A stretch of DNA of 53,093 nucleotides, counting the filler, from Malassezia furfur (taxonomy: Eukaryota), in NCBI GenBank assembly GCA_052055015.1. It is 2 parts of 2 records of this genome, joined end to end, with 100 filler letters (N's around TTAATTAATTAA, not from the genome) between each part and the next. Parts side by side here need not be neighbours in the genome. Positions count along the whole stretch, not along the records: positions 1 to 26,519 come from JBQJIT010000124.1; positions 26,620 to 53,093 come from JBQJIT010000125.1. One strand, written 5' to 3'. The position numbers and the translations under genes were made by a program. Of the stretch, positions 23,090-35,569 are shown in pieces. The notes under the pieces were generated by a model. The model worked only from the letters and a program-made list of their open reading frames with translations, searched no databases and had not been told where the DNA came from. How positions within the stretch are numbered: position 1 is the first letter of the stretch; each line of letters begins with the position of its first letter.

Positions 23090-24156
23090 ATGCGCCTCGC
23101 GCACGGATGGCTCTGGTGGTGTGTGGGGGCGTGCGCGGTCGTGGCGCAAGATTCGAGCACAAGTAGCTCATCGTCGAGCTCAGGCGCAAGTCGCACATCG
23201 ACACGCTCGTCGTCGGCGTCGTACAATCAGACGCTCGGAGGCAACGTGACCGTGTCCGGCAATGCAACCGCCTCGTCGTCGCGCAATGGAACGAATGCCA
23301 CTGCGACGAGCACGCCACTCCCGCCACTTCCTCCGGGTTTCGTCGACCCCCTCGAGTCGCCGGGCGCAGATATGCTTGGTGTAGGTGACGCAATCTAACT
23401 CCAGCACTTTGATATAAAGAACCCGGTTGGCGAGCCGCTGAATGTGATTGTCTCGAGCGAATCGTCCTCCGATATGCTCCAGCCTGAGGGATTTCTTGTG
23501 TGGGCAACGGCGCTTGGATTCGGCGTGTCGTGCCTTGGACAGGGTGACGACGAAGGATTCATGTACGCCAATCTGGGTCGCGAAAATCCCTACGTACGCC
23601 AGGGGTCCATGTCGGGGAACAATGGCGTGTTACGATGGAACTATGGTCTCCCCTCAGTGGGGACATGCCGCGAGACCATCGAGGGGGGAAATCATTTCCG
23701 CTGGTTTACGCAACATACTCGCAAAGCCGGGACGGCCATCTTTTTGGCGGCGTCCCTGGAGCAGGGTCTAAGCAAGGCCCACAGTGTCGCATCAAATGGC
23801 TACAACCTCGGCCGCGACAATGTCGTGGAGCTCGCAACCCAATCGGGCGGCATCGAATGGGAGGGCAATCGATTTAATGCAACGGTGCGATGGATCGAGG
23901 CGGGACGACTGTTAAATGCCACGTCGCACAACATCAATCACCCCGACGTCGCGCCGCCAAATGGCACGGCGATCGATGGCCGCGTCGCTGTGCTGTATGT
24001 ACACACGATTCAGCGCAACTACGGAGACGAAAGGTAGGTGCTGCCATGTCCACTGACCACTGCAGTGTCGTTTCGCGGGCCACGACGGCTGAGATCGCAT
24101 TCCAAGCCCGCTTAGCACTCGCTGTCGCAATGATGGCCATTGGCTGGACCCTGTAA
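23090..24156 (+). CDS. Secreted, probably GPI-anchored conserved fungal protein of unknown function
   Basis: Signal peptide, Ser/Thr-rich stalk with N-x-S/T sites, GEPLNVIVS...CLG...GTCRETIEGGNHFRW domain; introns 23381-23404 and 24034-24065; hydrophobic C-terminus. Confidence 0.75.
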
Positions 24157-24188
24157 ATTATCGCAAATTGTCCTTCTACGTCCATGCC

Positions 24189-25190
24189 TTACTTTTCCGA
24201 GTGTCCCAACGATTGTGCGGGCGCGATCTTGTCGCGCACGAGCCGTTTCAGCTCAGGGAGCTCGGGGAATCCGCCACGCTGCTTCCGGTCCCATAGAAGA
24301 TACAGAGCAGATACCTCGGCATGCTTCGGACCCGTCGGTTGCATCGAGAGCCACACGCGGAAGCGCCCAGCGGTCTCCGGTGCGGCGCGCGGAATGAGCA
24401 TCGAGCTCGCCAGCGCACCGCCGCCGGAGGCCTTCGAACCAGTACCATCCATTGCTTCCTTAGCAGAGAAGGTGAGGAACAGCTCGGTCTGGAGCCAGCT
24501 CGCGCGGTGCTGCCAGCGGCACCGGTCACAATACTGCGGTGAGTGCGCCAAACCTACCTCGATGATCAAACACGGCTGCACCAGCCCCGCCGCCGCCGTT
24601 GCCGAGATGGGCGGTACGATCGGCGCCGGATCGCCGTTGCACGCCTCCTTTGGAGCGATAGGCGCAGGCGCCGGGGCGCTAGCCGCAGGCACCTGAGCAG
24701 GGCGCGCCTCGGCGGCGGGCGGCGCAGCGCTGCTCGGCGAAACGAGCGAGGTCATCTGCAGCGCTGGCGCTGCATCGGGCACAGTCGCCAGGTCCTCAAC
24801 GGATGACATGGTCGGCGGCTCGGTACGCCAGGGTACCGACGGACGCGGCGGCACCGGCGCTGCGTGGGGCTGCGTCATGCGCGGCGTCGGGCGGCCCGTC
24901 CATGTCGCGCGCGATCCAGCCCCAAGCATACGTCCATCCTCGCCGGTCATGTGCGCACGCGGTGCGAGGTAGAAGCCGCGGCCGAGGTAAGGCGGAGCCG
25001 GATAAGCGTCGGTAGGGGACGTGCGCGTACGCGAGACGTCCGGGACCGACGCGGAGAACTCGCGCGAGGCAGACAAAGGGAGCGGCTGAGGGATCTCCAC
25101 GGGTGGGAGCACGGGCACCGGGAGGTCGGAGTACGAGTGCCGGGCGCGCGCATCCCGCGGGAGCGCGGGCAGCTGCTTCTTGCTCGCCAT
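24189..25190 (-). CDS. Rdx-family (SelT/SelW/SelH-like) thioredoxin-fold protein
   Basis: Removing 24-nt intron 24534-24557 gives IIEYCDRCRWQHRASWLQTELFLTF; C-terminal LWDRKQRGGFPELPELKRLVRDKIAPAQSLGHS. Start uncertain (long Pro-rich N-terminus). Confidence 0.85.
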   Translation of the reverse strand: MASKKQLPALPRDARARHSYSDLPVPVLPPVEIPQPLPLSASREFSASVPDVSRTRTSPTDAYPAPPYLGRGFYLAPRAHMTGEDGRMLGAGSRATWTGRPTPRMTQPHAAPVPPRPSVPWRTEPPTMSSVEDLATVPDAAPALQMTSLVSPSSAAPPAAEARPAQVPAASAPAPAPIAPKEACNGDPAPIVPPISATAAAGLVQPCLIIEVGLAHSPQYCDRCRWQHRASWLQTELFLTFSAKEAMDGTGSKASGGGALASSMLIPRAAPETAGRFRVWLSMQPTGPKHAEVSALYLLWDRKQRGGFPELPELKRLVRDKIAPAQSLGHSEK

Positions 25191-25400
25191 GATGGCCGGA
25201 GCGATTAGGTCACGTGCCCGCGTCTGGGGAAGGAGCGTGCGTTCCACCACAACATGTTGGTGGTGCCGCTCGCGGCGGTGGGCGGCGACGCAGAGCATGC
25301 GAAGCCAGAGGGCAGTGCAGGCATCAAGACTAAGTGCGAGGCGGGAGTGAACGTCAATGCGCCGCATTGTGCGGAGGGTGCAAGCGCGTTGCCGTCATCG

Positions 25401-26744
25401 ATGCCGTCGTATGCACGTGTATCCGCGTCGCTCGAGCACGACCTGGGCCGCGTGTACCTCGCAACGCACCAGGCGCGACGGATTGCGGTAGTGTGTGGTA
25501 CGTGGCACAGCTTATGCAGGCGCGGGAATCTCGGTGTCGTCTCCGGCCAACATCCCCGACTTTCGCAGCGCCTCGGGGCTGTTTACCAAGCTCAAGGAGC
25601 GCTACCCGGACGCGGGCCTGTCGAGCGGCAAAGACTTGTTTGATGCGCGGTTGTTTAATGTGCGTGTGTGGTGCTGATGCAGTCGGAACGCTCGACGGCC
25701 CTGTTTTATACCATGATGGCCGAGCTAAAGGACCTGGCCGATGCGGCGCGGCCGACCTCCTTCCACCAGCTGCTTAAGCGCCTCGACGAAGAGGGGCGTC
25801 TCCAGCGTGTGTACACGCAAAACATCGATGGACTTGAAGCCAAGGCGGGCCTCAGCTTCGGGTTCGACCCCGATGCGCCTGGGCCGGCGCCGTCGGGGAG
25901 TAAGCGCCGGCGCACAGCGTTTGCGCGCTCGCAGTCCGACTCGGTGCTGGTGCAGGGCGCACCGCAGAATAAGCCGCTCTTCCCGCGTGCCATCCCGTTG
26001 CATGGGAGTTTGTCGACGCTGAGCTGTGCGCTCTGCTCACATTCGTTGTCGCTCGCCCACAACACCCAGCCCGCCAAGCATGCGCTCGCACGCATGCGCG
26101 AGGGACAACCGGTGTGGTGCACCCAGTGCGAGGCTGCCGACGAACTACGCGTCGCCGCAGGGCTGCGGTCGCGCGGCATTGGGCGCATGAAGGTCGATGT
26201 GGTGCTGTACAACGGCGAGAATGACACCGCCGAGCGCGTGGGCGCGTGTGTGGAGCGCGACTTGCTGGGCCTGCGCGACCCCAATGAGCCGCAGGTGCCC
26301 GAGACGCCAAGCGAGGCGCGCGCGCGGCAGCGGCGCGAGCGGAGTTTTGCGCAGCGCACGCAGAGTTTGGCGGCGCCGCCGCCGATCAAGGAGGAGGCAC
26401 AGCCCCCAGCTGATGGCTTGAGTGTGCAGCCGAATGCGCAGAGCGCTGATGCGGTGCTCGACGCCTTCTTTGACGACGACCGGCCGGCGGAGGAGGCGAT
26501 GCCGCTCGCCCCCCCGCCCNNNNNNNNNNNNNNNNNNNNNNNNNNNNNNNNNNNNNNNNNNNNTTAATTAATTAANNNNNNNNNNNNNNNNNNNNNNNNN
26601 NNNNNNNNNNNNNNNNNNNTGGGCGGCGCCCCGATACCCACCCCGGCCGACGCGCCCCCGGCGCGCCGCACACGCATCAAGACGGGCCAGACGGCCCTGA
26701 TGAACGGCGGCGCCGCCGGCTCGTCGTTGCTCATCAGCACATAG
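25401..26744 (+). CDS. NAD-dependent deacetylase, Hst3/Hst4-type sirtuin (interrupted by assembly gap)
   Basis: CGAGISVS..IPDFRS, YTQNIDGLE, LHGS, CxxC...CxxC zinc site, DVVLY. Introns 25498-25519 and 25660-25682. The GTS motif is not visible and probably lies in the gap; the 3' end at 26744 is tentative. Confidence 0.85.
26520..26619. other. Assembly gap with artificial six-frame-stop linker
   Basis: 44 N + TTAATTAATTAA (26564-26575) + 44 N = exactly 100 bp. Confidence 0.95.
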
Positions 26745-26768
26745 CCGCATCCCCTATGGCCTCTACAG

Positions 26769-28031
26769 TCACGATTGGTATCCTGGGAACTCGTACTCGA
26801 TCCCTGCGCGCGCAAGCTTCGCGCGGCGCTTTGCCTCGCGCTGCAGCAGCCGCTTGTGCACACGCGCACGCTCCGCGTCGGTGCGCGGCCGCGTGCGGCG
26901 CACACGCTCCACACGGTCCGTCGGCACGCGGCGGAACTTGCGGTTCGCGCCCACCCACAGATGGGGGTCCACGCGGTCCTGGGGGATACTCGCCATCTGG
27001 ATCAGGTGGCCGTCCAGCAGGTAGTTGTTCATCGTGTCGACCACAATCTCGGCCACCTCGCGGCTCTCAAACTCGATAAAGCCATAGTGCTTCGAGTGGC
27101 CCGTCTTCTTGTTGCGCGACACACGCAGACGCCGGATGTCGCCAAACTGCGAAAAGTACGCACGCAGCTGGTCCTCAAAGAACCCGTGCGGCAAGCGGCC
27201 AATGTACACCACACCGGTGTCGTCCTTGCGCCCCGCCTGCGCGTGCCGCTGCTTCGCCTGCTCCAGGCGCTGGCGCACCACCGCGTCGTCGCGGCTGCTC
27301 GGCAGACGCACAACTTCGTCCACACTCGGCGCCGCTCGGCTCGCGAGCGCATCGTCCTCCTCGTCCTCCTCTTCCGAATCCACCTCGTCGTCCTCGTCGT
27401 CGTCACTGAAGCCGGCGAGAAGCGCCGCGTCCTCGTCCTCGTCCGCACTCTCGTCCGCAGCCCCCGGCGCCACAGCGGCCGACGTCGGCGTCTCGTGGAT
27501 GCGCAGCACCTTGGCCTTCTTCGCACCCGGCTTCGCCAGCGCACTCTTGAGCGGCTTCGCAGGCGCACCCGCCGCCTTGGGCGCCGCCTTCGCGCTCACC
27601 TTCACCTTCTTTGCCTCGTCCACCTTCGCACGCTTCGGCGCGGCAGGCGCAGCGTCCTCCGCCGCCTTGGCCTTGCGCACCTTGCTCGGCGCCGGCACAG
27701 CAGCAGCGCTCTTGGCAGACTTGGGCGCCTTGGGCGCCGGAGCCGCCGCCTTCGCCGGCACATCCGCCTTCTTCACCTTAGCGGGCACCTTCTCAGCGTC
27801 ACCCTTGCTCTTCTTGAGCGCCGTCGCAGGCAGCACGGCCTTGACAGGCGCCGGCTTGCTCTTCGGCGCCGGCGCCGGCGCGGCCTTCGCGGCCTTGCTC
27901 GTCTTGGCCGGCGCATCCGCCTTGACCACCTTCTTCACAGGTGCTGCAACGCGCACCTTCTTTTCCTGCGCATCGCCGCGTGCGGCCGGCACGCCCGGCG
28001 TCTTGCGCTTCACGCTCCCTTCGCGCACCAT
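26769..28031 (-). CDS. NOP15: Nucleolar RRM protein Nop15/NIFK
   Basis: GVVYIGRLPHGFFEDQLRAYFSQFG, SRNKKTGHSKHYGFIEF, MNNYLL; Lys/Ala-rich and acidic N-terminus. Confidence 0.9.
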   Translation of the reverse strand: MVREGSVKRKTPGVPAARGDAQEKKVRVAAPVKKVVKADAPAKTSKAAKAAPAPAPKSKPAPVKAVLPATALKKSKGDAEKVPAKVKKADVPAKAAAPAPKAPKSAKSAAAVPAPSKVRKAKAAEDAAPAAPKRAKVDEAKKVKVSAKAAPKAAGAPAKPLKSALAKPGAKKAKVLRIHETPTSAAVAPGAADESADEDEDAALLAGFSDDDEDDEVDSEEEDEEDDALASRAAPSVDEVVRLPSSRDDAVVRQRLEQAKQRHAQAGRKDDTGVVYIGRLPHGFFEDQLRAYFSQFGDIRRLRVSRNKKTGHSKHYGFIEFESREVAEIVVDTMNNYLLDGHLIQMASIPQDRVDPHLWVGANRKFRRVPTDRVERVRRTRPRTDAERARVHKRLLQREAKRRAKLARAGIEYEFPGYQS

Positions 28032-28195
28032 AGCGTACGATGCAGCGTGCCGTCGAAAAAAAATTGCGCACGTGGATCGCACATGGTGCCACGTGCAAGG
28101 CCGATCTATCCTCGCATGTTCTACAGTCTTCGATCCGCGTGCCCCATGCGCTGTTAAAGTGTCCGTGCCGGCTGGCGGCGTCACCCGTCACCATC

Positions 28196-28692
28196 ATGTC
28201 TGGCACAACAGCTCCTGAAGTTCTGTGGGCGCAGCGCAGCTCTAAGGACGACCCCGAGAAGGTACGTTTACCCACGCGCGCACGCGGACGCTAACCGCAG
28301 AACCTCCTCTTCCTCACGTTCAACGTCCCCAACCTCCAAGAGGGCGACAAGACCAAGCTGGAGATCACCCCCACGCACCTGCACTTCTCGGCCACCGTCC
28401 CGGATGACGCGGCCAAGGGTATCCAGGGTAACAACTACACCTTCGACATTGACTTCTACGACGAGGTCAAGGCCGGCGAGGAGAAGAAGCACCTCACCGC
28501 CAAGAGCCTGTTTGTCGTGCTGCCCAAGGCCAAGGCCGCGGAAGAGTACTGGCCGCGCCTGACCAAGGACAAGGTCCGCCTGCACAACGTCAAGACCGAC
28601 TTCCAGAGGTGGGTCGATGAAGACGAGCAGGACGAGCAGCCCGACATGCCCGACGCCGGCTTCCCTGGCATGGGCGCTGGCGGCATGCCGGA

Positions 28693-28725
<33 letters not shown>

Positions 28726-28888
28726 AGGCATGGACCTCCAGCAGATGCTCGCGCAGATGGGCGGCGGCGCCGGCAGCGCTGGCTTCCCGGGTACCGACGA
28801 CATGGACGGCGACGAGGGCGACGACGCCGAGGACGCCGACGCCGCTGCGGAGCAGGGCGACGCGGCGAACGCCACGACGAAGGAGTAA
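28196..28888 (+). CDS. SBA1: Hsp90 co-chaperone p23 (Sba1/Wos2)
   Basis: PEVLWAQRS, YWPRLTKDK, KTDFQRWVDEDE, GGM-rich tail; 39-nt intron 28262-28300. Confidence 0.93.
28670..28735 (+). repeat. GGM codon repeat (ATGGGCGGC units) in p23 tail
   Basis: Tandem ATGGGCGGC copies encoding MGGMGGMGGM. Confidence 0.8.
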
Positions 28889-28968
28889 TCCGTCACACCT
28901 ACCACATTCTCTCGCCACGCCAGCCGTCGGTAGGCTTGCGATGTATAGAATTACAATTGATATGCCGT

Positions 28969-31446
28969 CTATGACCTCCGCAGCTGATTGATTTCAGCGA
29001 CAATCTCCTCGGCCATCCGGCGGTCGTCCGCCTCAAAGTCGTAGCGCTTCGTATCGCGTTTCTTCTCGCGGACCACGACCAGCTTAAACAGGTTCGGCAT
29101 GCGCGCGTACTGCTCGCACTGCACCACCGCCGAGATGGGATACGACGTCGACCGCGCGTGGAACATGCGCTTTTCCGCAGGGCGGCTGCGTCAGCAGGGA
29201 CGACAACGTACATAATATGAATCCAGTCGCCGTCGATCGTGAGCACTCGCTCGTGACGGCCCACCGAAATGGGGTGCCGACGGCTGATGGTATAGGCCTG
29301 CACGGTGAGTGCGCACACATACCTTGTAGTTCGAGATCAGATCCATCGCCGTCTTGTACTTCGGCTGCTCGGGCACCTTGGACGACCGGCGCTGCAGCCC
29401 TGTGGCGTCGCTCGGCGCGTCAGGCAGCGACGTCCGCTCCACCAACACCAGGTCCGTGCGCTCGACAAACCCACGCACCGGCCGCTCGCCGGGGACGACC
29501 TCGTCCACGTCGCGGAAGAGCAGGGCGTACGTGCGTGCACTACCGAGCTGGCACTGCTCGCACACCGCATGGATGACGTCCTGCGCTGTCGCGTTCGGGG
29601 AAATACGCACGGTGGTCATACCCCGCGCATGGGGCACCACCATGATCTGGAGAACGACTCGGTTCGCCGACGCACCGGTGCCGAGCTCGTCGGCCGCAGG
29701 CGAAAGCTGGATGGGCTGCGCAGCAACCGGCATCGTGTCGGCCTGTGCCTGACGTGCGGCCTTTGCCGCAGGCGGCAACGCTTTGGGCATATACGGCCGC
29801 GCACACACCGCAAATTCGTTCTCGCCAAAGCGGCCCACGACCAAGGTGCGGTCGATCGCGGGGTAATCCTCGTCGACCAGCCCATCTTCCGTCATGTACA
29901 GAGCCCATGCCTCGGTCTCCAAGAACGCCTCCAGGTCCGTGTCGTCCGCGTCGGGGCGTGGCGGCGGCCTGCCATAGTGGTCCACAAAGCACGACAGGCC
30001 GTACCCAATCAGCTCCTCCATCGTCGCGTCTCGGCGCACACGCACGTCCAATGGTGGCACCGACGCGTCCGAGCCGGGGTGTGGAAAATAGAGCGTGACG
30101 GCGTAGCCGTTTGGATCACGCTCGCACACACCCGCGCGACGGTAGCGCGCCAAGATCATCTGGACGTGCGACTGCCCCGAGCTACTTTTTTGCAGCTTGG
30201 ACGTGAGCAGCGACTTGGTTTGCGGCGCAGCAATGCGTCCCCGACGGAATGCAAGTCCATCCTCGGTCTGCGGCGATGTGCCGAGAGCCGCTGTGCGGCG
30301 GTCGGTGCGCGGCGCGCCTTTGGACTCGTTGGCGCCGGCCGGCCCGGCGACGCGCGACTTGCGCCGCGCACGCGCTGTCCGTTTCGACCCAAACAGCTCG
30401 CGCTCCTCCTCAGGGGGCACAATGAATGAGCCGGGCAGGTAGGGACGCAGCGAGTCGCTCGCGGCCGTCCCGTCGCTCGTCGACGACAGGCTCGAGGGCG
30501 GGCGCGACGGCTCGCTGTCGAGCATCGCGGACGACTGCGACGACTCGGCGGGGAAGAGACCTGGGACGCTGTGCAGCTCCGAGGGAGAGATGTGCACGCT
30601 CGCCAGTGTGGCAGCCAGTCCTGCCTTGGCGTCCGAGTCGACCGACGACGCCAAATCGCTCTCCTCCGCGGCGCCTTGCAAGGGACGCAGCGGCGACTGC
30701 ATCGAGTGCATCACGCCCGGCGAAAGCCGCGTCATGGTCGTGCTTAGGAATGACGCGGCCGGATTGACCATCGTCTCGGCACTGTCGGCCTGCGTGCTCA
30801 GACGAGCCGACGCGTCCTGCAGCTGGATGGTCCGCGAGAGGTAGCCGTGTGCCTCGGCATTGGGGGTCTCGGTATTGAGCGACGCGCCGTTGGTATAGGT
30901 AGCGACACTGCCGACGCCCGAGCGCCGTGTCCCCGAGACGCGCATGCCCATGAGGCTTGACTGGCGCGGGCCATAGATGGTCTGTGTGTAATTGAGCCGT
31001 CGCCGCGGCCCAGGCTGTGCGTCTGCGAAATCGTCCGGTGTGCCCTGCAATGCCCCTGGGACAAAGTTGCTCGACTTCTTCGGGAGCAGCGCCTCGTCCT
31101 CCTCGGCGAGTGGCCAGGGCTCGTGGGGAAAGTGCTGCTGGAAGAGCGCCTTGACCGCGTCCAGATTCACGGGGAGGACGGGCGACTCGGACAGCGATGC
31201 AGACGTTTCCTCTGTGTATGCCTCGTCATGGAACCGGAACGGCAATGCGCCCGCCGCATACTCGGACGCGCTCGGCGACATGGCCGACGAGCTGGGACTT
31301 GCGCGCCGAAGCTCCTCGGCGGCCGACTCGGCCAATACGCGCGCGACGACGGGGTCATCGCTCGCATGCAGGTAGTCCTGCCGTAGTCGCTGGATCGCCT
31401 CGCTGCGTCAGCACGTCACACACCTCCGGCTGCGGGCCAGCGCCAT
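28969..31446 (-). CDS. SIN1: TORC2 subunit Sin1/Avo1
   Basis: N-terminal QRLRQDYL, CRIM-like region (DATMEELIGYGL...EDGLVDEDYPAIDR), C-terminal PH region (HERVLTIDGDWIHI, KRYDFEA). Introns 31403-31423 (21 nt), 29298-29322, 29186-29211. Confidence 0.87.
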
Positions 31447-31648
31447 CGCCCCTGCACGCTGCGTCGTGGAGCCAGGAAGCGGCGCGCGCGCCTCCACACA
31501 CCGCTGCGCCGCCGCCCCGCGCCGGGCCTTTCCACAATTCCAAGTTCCAGACATGCCTCACATCGTAAACGAAACACCTCTGCGCGTGCTATGCAAACAT
31601 GGCTACAAATACGACCCGCGCTCCCTACAACAGGCAGTGTCGACCTGT

Positions 31649-34069
31649 TTAGGCAGAGCCCTCAGCACGCTTGGCAGCCGCCTTGGCCGCCATCAGGTTC
31701 AGGGCGCTGCCGGCCTTGAACCACTCAATCTGGTTCTCGTTGAACGAGTGCTGCAGCGGGATACGGTCCTCCGAACCGTCCTTGTGCTTGCAGACCAGAG
31801 TGATGGTGCTGCCGGGCGCAATCTCGGTCACGCCCTCGAGGTCAACGAGGTCGTCGGGGCGGACGAGGTCGTAGTCCTTGGGGTCCTTGAAGGTCAGGGG
31901 CAGGAGACCCTGCTTCTTGCAGTTCGTCTCGTGGATACGAGCGAACGAGCGCGTGATGATCGCGTAGCCACCCAGGTAGCGCGGCTCCAGCGCGGCGTGC
32001 TCACGCGACGAGCCCTCACCGTAGTTGTCGTCACCAATCACGACCCACGGGCGGCCCTGGTCACGGTACTGCACGGCCGTGCCGGGGACAGTGCCCCACT
32101 CGCCGGTCAGGACGTTCTGCACATTGTTCGTCTCGTTGTTGGCAATGTTCGTGGCACCAATCAGACAGTTGTTCGAGATGTTCTGCAGGTGGCCACGGTA
32201 CTTGAGCCAGGGACCACCGGCCGAGATGTGGTCGGTGGTGCACTTGCCCTTAACCTTGATCAGGACGGGCATGTCCTTGGGGTCCTTGCCGTCCCACTTC
32301 TTGAACGGCTCCAGGAACTGGAGACGGTCCGAGTCGGGGCGCACAATCACCTCGACCTTCGAGCCGTCCTCCGGCGGGGCCTGGAACGTGTTCTCACCCG
32401 GGTCGTAGCCCTTGGCGGGGATCTCCACACCGCTCGGGTCGCTGAACTTGAACTCCTTGCCGTCGGCGCCCTTGAGCGAGTCGGTCATGGGGTTGAAGCG
32501 CAGGTCACCGGCAAAGGCCATCGCCGTGACGAGGTCGGGCGACGCCACAAAGGCGTGGGTGGCAAAGTTGGCGTCGTTACGGCCGCTGAAGTTACGGTTG
32601 TACGACGTGATGATCGAGTTCTTCTCACCCTTCTTCACGTCGGTACGGTGCCACTGACCAATGCAGGGACCGCACGCGTTGGCGAGCACCAGACCACCGG
32701 CCTCGTGCAGCGTCTCAATCTGGCCGTCACGCGCAATCGTGGCACGGATCTGCTCCGAACCGGGGGTAACGGTGAAGCCCGACTTGGTCTTGAGGCCGTG
32801 CGAGAGCGCCTCCGAGGCAATCGAGGCGGCACGCGACATGTCCTCGTACGACGAGTTGGTGCACGAGCCAATCAGCGCCACACGCAGCTCGTGGGGCCAG
32901 CCGTTCTCCTCCACGGCGTCCTTGAACTTGGACAGGGGGGTGGCAAGGTCGGGGGTGAAGGGACCGTTGATGTACGGCTCGAGCTTGTCGAGGTCAATCT
33001 CGAGGTGGCGGTCGTACTCGGCATCACGGTCGGGCAGCAGGTTCGCCTGGTACTTGTAGGCCATGTCGGCAATCTGCTTGCGGCCCGTAGCCTCAAGGAA
33101 CTTGGCCTGGCGCTCGTTGTACGGGAACACCGAGGTGGTGGCACCAATCTCGGCACCCATGTTGCAGATCGTGCCCATACCCGTCGCCGAGAGCGACGAG
33201 ACACCAGGGCCCTTGTACTCCACAATCGCACCAGTGCCACCCTTGACGGTGAGCTCACCAGCAACCTTCAGGATAACGTCCTTGGGCGAGGTCCAGCCGG
33301 ACATCTTACCCTTCAGCTCCACACCAATCACCTTGGGGCACTTGAGCTCCCAGGGAATGTCGGCCATCACATCCACAGCGTCGGCACCACCCACACCGCA
33401 CGCAATCATGTTGAGACCACCAGCGTTGGGGGTGTGCGAGTCCGTACCAATCATCAGACCACCGGGGAAGGCATAGTTCTCGATAATGATCTGGTGGATG
33501 ATACCCGAGCCAGGCTTCCAGAAACCGATGCCGTACTTGGCCGTGCACGTCGCGAGGAAGTCGTACACCTCCTTGTTCTCCTCCTTGGCACGCGCAAGGT
33601 CCGAGGGGCCACCGGTGCTGGCGGCAATCAGGTGGTCACAGTGCACCGTCGTGGGCACCGCAACGTGGGGGAGACCTGCCGACATGAACTGGAGCAGAGC
33701 CATCTGGGCCGTGGCGTCCTGGCATGCCACACGGTCGGGGCGCAGGCGCAGGTAGGAAACGCCACGCTCAATGTCCTGGCCGTGCGGGTCGTCCAGGTGG
33801 CCATAGACGATCTTCTCCGACATCGTCAGAGGGCGCTTGAGACGGTCGCGAACGATCTTGAGGTTCTTCTCAAGCTTTTCGTAGGGCAGGTAGTAGCCCT
33901 TGCCGGCCTCGATGAGGCTCAGCTCGACCTTCTTCTTCAGGTCCTCGGGATTCAGGTTGGGGGCATCCTCCGCAACAGTGGCGAGACCACGAACGGAGGC
34001 CGACGCACGGTTGGCGCGGAGCACAGCCGTGCGAAGGGCAGGAGAGCGCATCGCGCGGGTCGACAGCAT
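31649..34069 (-). CDS. ACO1: Mitochondrial aconitate hydratase
   Basis: Presequence [65 protein letters not shown]. Confidence 0.97.
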   Translation of the reverse strand: MLSTRAMRSPALRTAVLRANRASASVRGLATVAEDAPNLNPEDLKKKVELSLIEAGKGYYLPYEKLEKNLKIVRDRLKRPLTMSEKIVYGHLDDPHGQDIERGVSYLRLRPDRVACQDATAQMALLQFMSAGLPHVAVPTTVHCDHLIAASTGGPSDLARAKEENKEVYDFLATCTAKYGIGFWKPGSGIIHQIIIENYAFPGGLMIGTDSHTPNAGGLNMIACGVGGADAVDVMADIPWELKCPKVIGVELKGKMSGWTSPKDVILKVAGELTVKGGTGAIVEYKGPGVSSLSATGMGTICNMGAEIGATTSVFPYNERQAKFLEATGRKQIADMAYKYQANLLPDRDAEYDRHLEIDLDKLEPYINGPFTPDLATPLSKFKDAVEENGWPHELRVALIGSCTNSSYEDMSRAASIASEALSHGLKTKSGFTVTPGSEQIRATIARDGQIETLHEAGGLVLANACGPCIGQWHRTDVKKGEKNSIITSYNRNFSGRNDANFATHAFVASPDLVTAMAFAGDLRFNPMTDSLKGADGKEFKFSDPSGVEIPAKGYDPGENTFQAPPEDGSKVEVIVRPDSDRLQFLEPFKKWDGKDPKDMPVLIKVKGKCTTDHISAGGPWLKYRGHLQNISNNCLIGATNIANNETNNVQNVLTGEWGTVPGTAVQYRDQGRPWVVIGDDNYGEGSSREHAALEPRYLGGYAIITRSFARIHETNCKKQGLLPLTFKDPKDYDLVRPDDLVDLEGVTEIAPGSTITLVCKHKDGSEDRIPLQHSFNENQIEWFKAGSALNLMAAKAAAKRAEGSA

Positions 34070-34284
34070 GTTGTGGGTCGGGAGAAAATCACTGGACGCT
34101 GCAGTGTACTTTATAGGAGCGAAGCTTGGTTTTCTGCCGGGCAAATGCTGGCGCTGTACGCAGCCTGCAAGCGCACCGCGGCACTAACCGGAGGTCGCTA
34201 TTGGTAATCTTTTGAGCCTATGACAAAAAAGCTATAGAAATCGTCTGCCGTTGATACGATAGCATTGTGAATTGCACGGATCTG

Positions 34285-34353
34285 ATTGGCTGTACATACG
34301 GGTCCGCTCGGCGTGCAGGGTCGAATTTCTTACATCCCAATATTCTCACGTGA
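34285..34353. promoter_or_regulatory. Putative CCAAT box and TCACGTGA E-box upstream of ACO1
   Basis: ATTGG at 34285-34289 (CCAAT on the ACO1 strand) and palindromic TCACGTGA at 34346-34353. Function is inferred only. Confidence 0.3.
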
Positions 34354-34527
34354 TACAGTGGCTCCACTGCATCTTGCCACCGGCAATCCGGCCAAGCCCT
34401 GCATGCACCCTAGATGCTCGGCAGCAACACACCGCGTCATCGGGCCCCGATCGAGAGGGACGGCATCTGGGGAAACGGGGCCAGCCCAGGACTGGACAGG
34501 ACGCCAAGATCCAACCCCACGAGTGGC

Positions 34528-35569
34528 TTACTCCGCCTCCTCCTCGGCCAGCAAACGCTCGGCCTCAAGACCCGCAACACAGCCAGTGCCCGCAGAGGTC
34601 ACCGCCTGACGGTACACCTTGTCCTGCACATCACCGGCAGCAAACACGCCGCGCACCGACGTCTGCGCCGTGCCCGGCTTCGTCTTCACATAGCCGTCGT
34701 CGTCCAGGTCCAGCTGGCCCTTGACAATCTCCGTAGCGGGGATGTGGCCAATGGCGTAGAACAGACCATTCACGTGCAGGTCCTTCTCCTCACCCGTCTT
34801 GGTGTCCTTGGTACGCAGGCAGTTCAGCAGCTCGCCATCGCCCTTCGCCTCGGTCGCAACCGTGTTGAACAGCACCTTGCACTTGGGGTGGTTCAGCAGG
34901 CGCTTCTGCATAATGCTGCTCGCACGCAGCTCGTCACGGCGCACCAGTACATACACAATCTCAGCGTACTTGGTGAGGTAGGTCGCCTCCTCACACGCCG
35001 AGTCGCCGCCACCAATCACGGCAAGCGCCTTGTTGCGGAAAATCGGCAGCGCACCATCACACACAGCGCACGCACTAATACCATTCTGCCAGTACGTGTC
35101 CTCACCAGGCAGGTGCATGCGCTTCGCCGACGCACCCGTCGCGAGAATCACCGTCTTGGCCAGAATCGGCGGGTCGTCCTCGGCAAACTGCGGCCACAGC
35201 TTGAACGGACGGCTGGAGAAGTCGACCTTGGCAATCGTCTCCGTGCGGATCTCGGTGCCGAAGCGCTCAGACTGCGCACGCATCTTGTCCATCAGCTCAG
35301 AACCGCCAACCGACTCGGGGAAACCGGGAAAGTTTTCCACCTCGGTCGTCGTGGTCAGCTGGCCACCGGCAGCCACACCGTTCGCGAGCATACCCTCGTA
35401 CATCACGGGCGACAGCTCGGCACGAGCCAAGTAGATTGCGGCCGTGTGGCCGGCAGGACCCGAGCCGATGATCACCTGGAGGGTTAGTACCGCATACAAT
35501 CAAATGAGCACGTACAGCATTCAGGACCTTGTCGTTAGAGGCCTCGTTCTGGTTGGGAACAGGTGCCAT
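34528..35569 (-). CDS. TRR1: Thioredoxin reductase (low-MW type)
   Basis: [54 protein letters not shown]; 22-nt intron 35476-35497; possible upstream in-frame start at 35776. Confidence 0.95.

Noticed and set aside
24189..24560. Selenocysteine use in the SelW-like Rdx protein
   Set aside because: The motif is CxxC with ordinary Cys codons and there is no in-frame TGA.
26564..26575. TTAATTAATTAA palindrome inside an N run
   Set aside because: Symmetric 44N+12+44N with stops in all six frames is a scaffolding linker, not biology. The sirtuin truncation is therefore not a pseudogene.
31466..34207. 913-aa + strand ORF opposite ACO1
   Set aside because: Antisense shadow of a strongly codon-biased GC-rich gene; no recognisable motifs.
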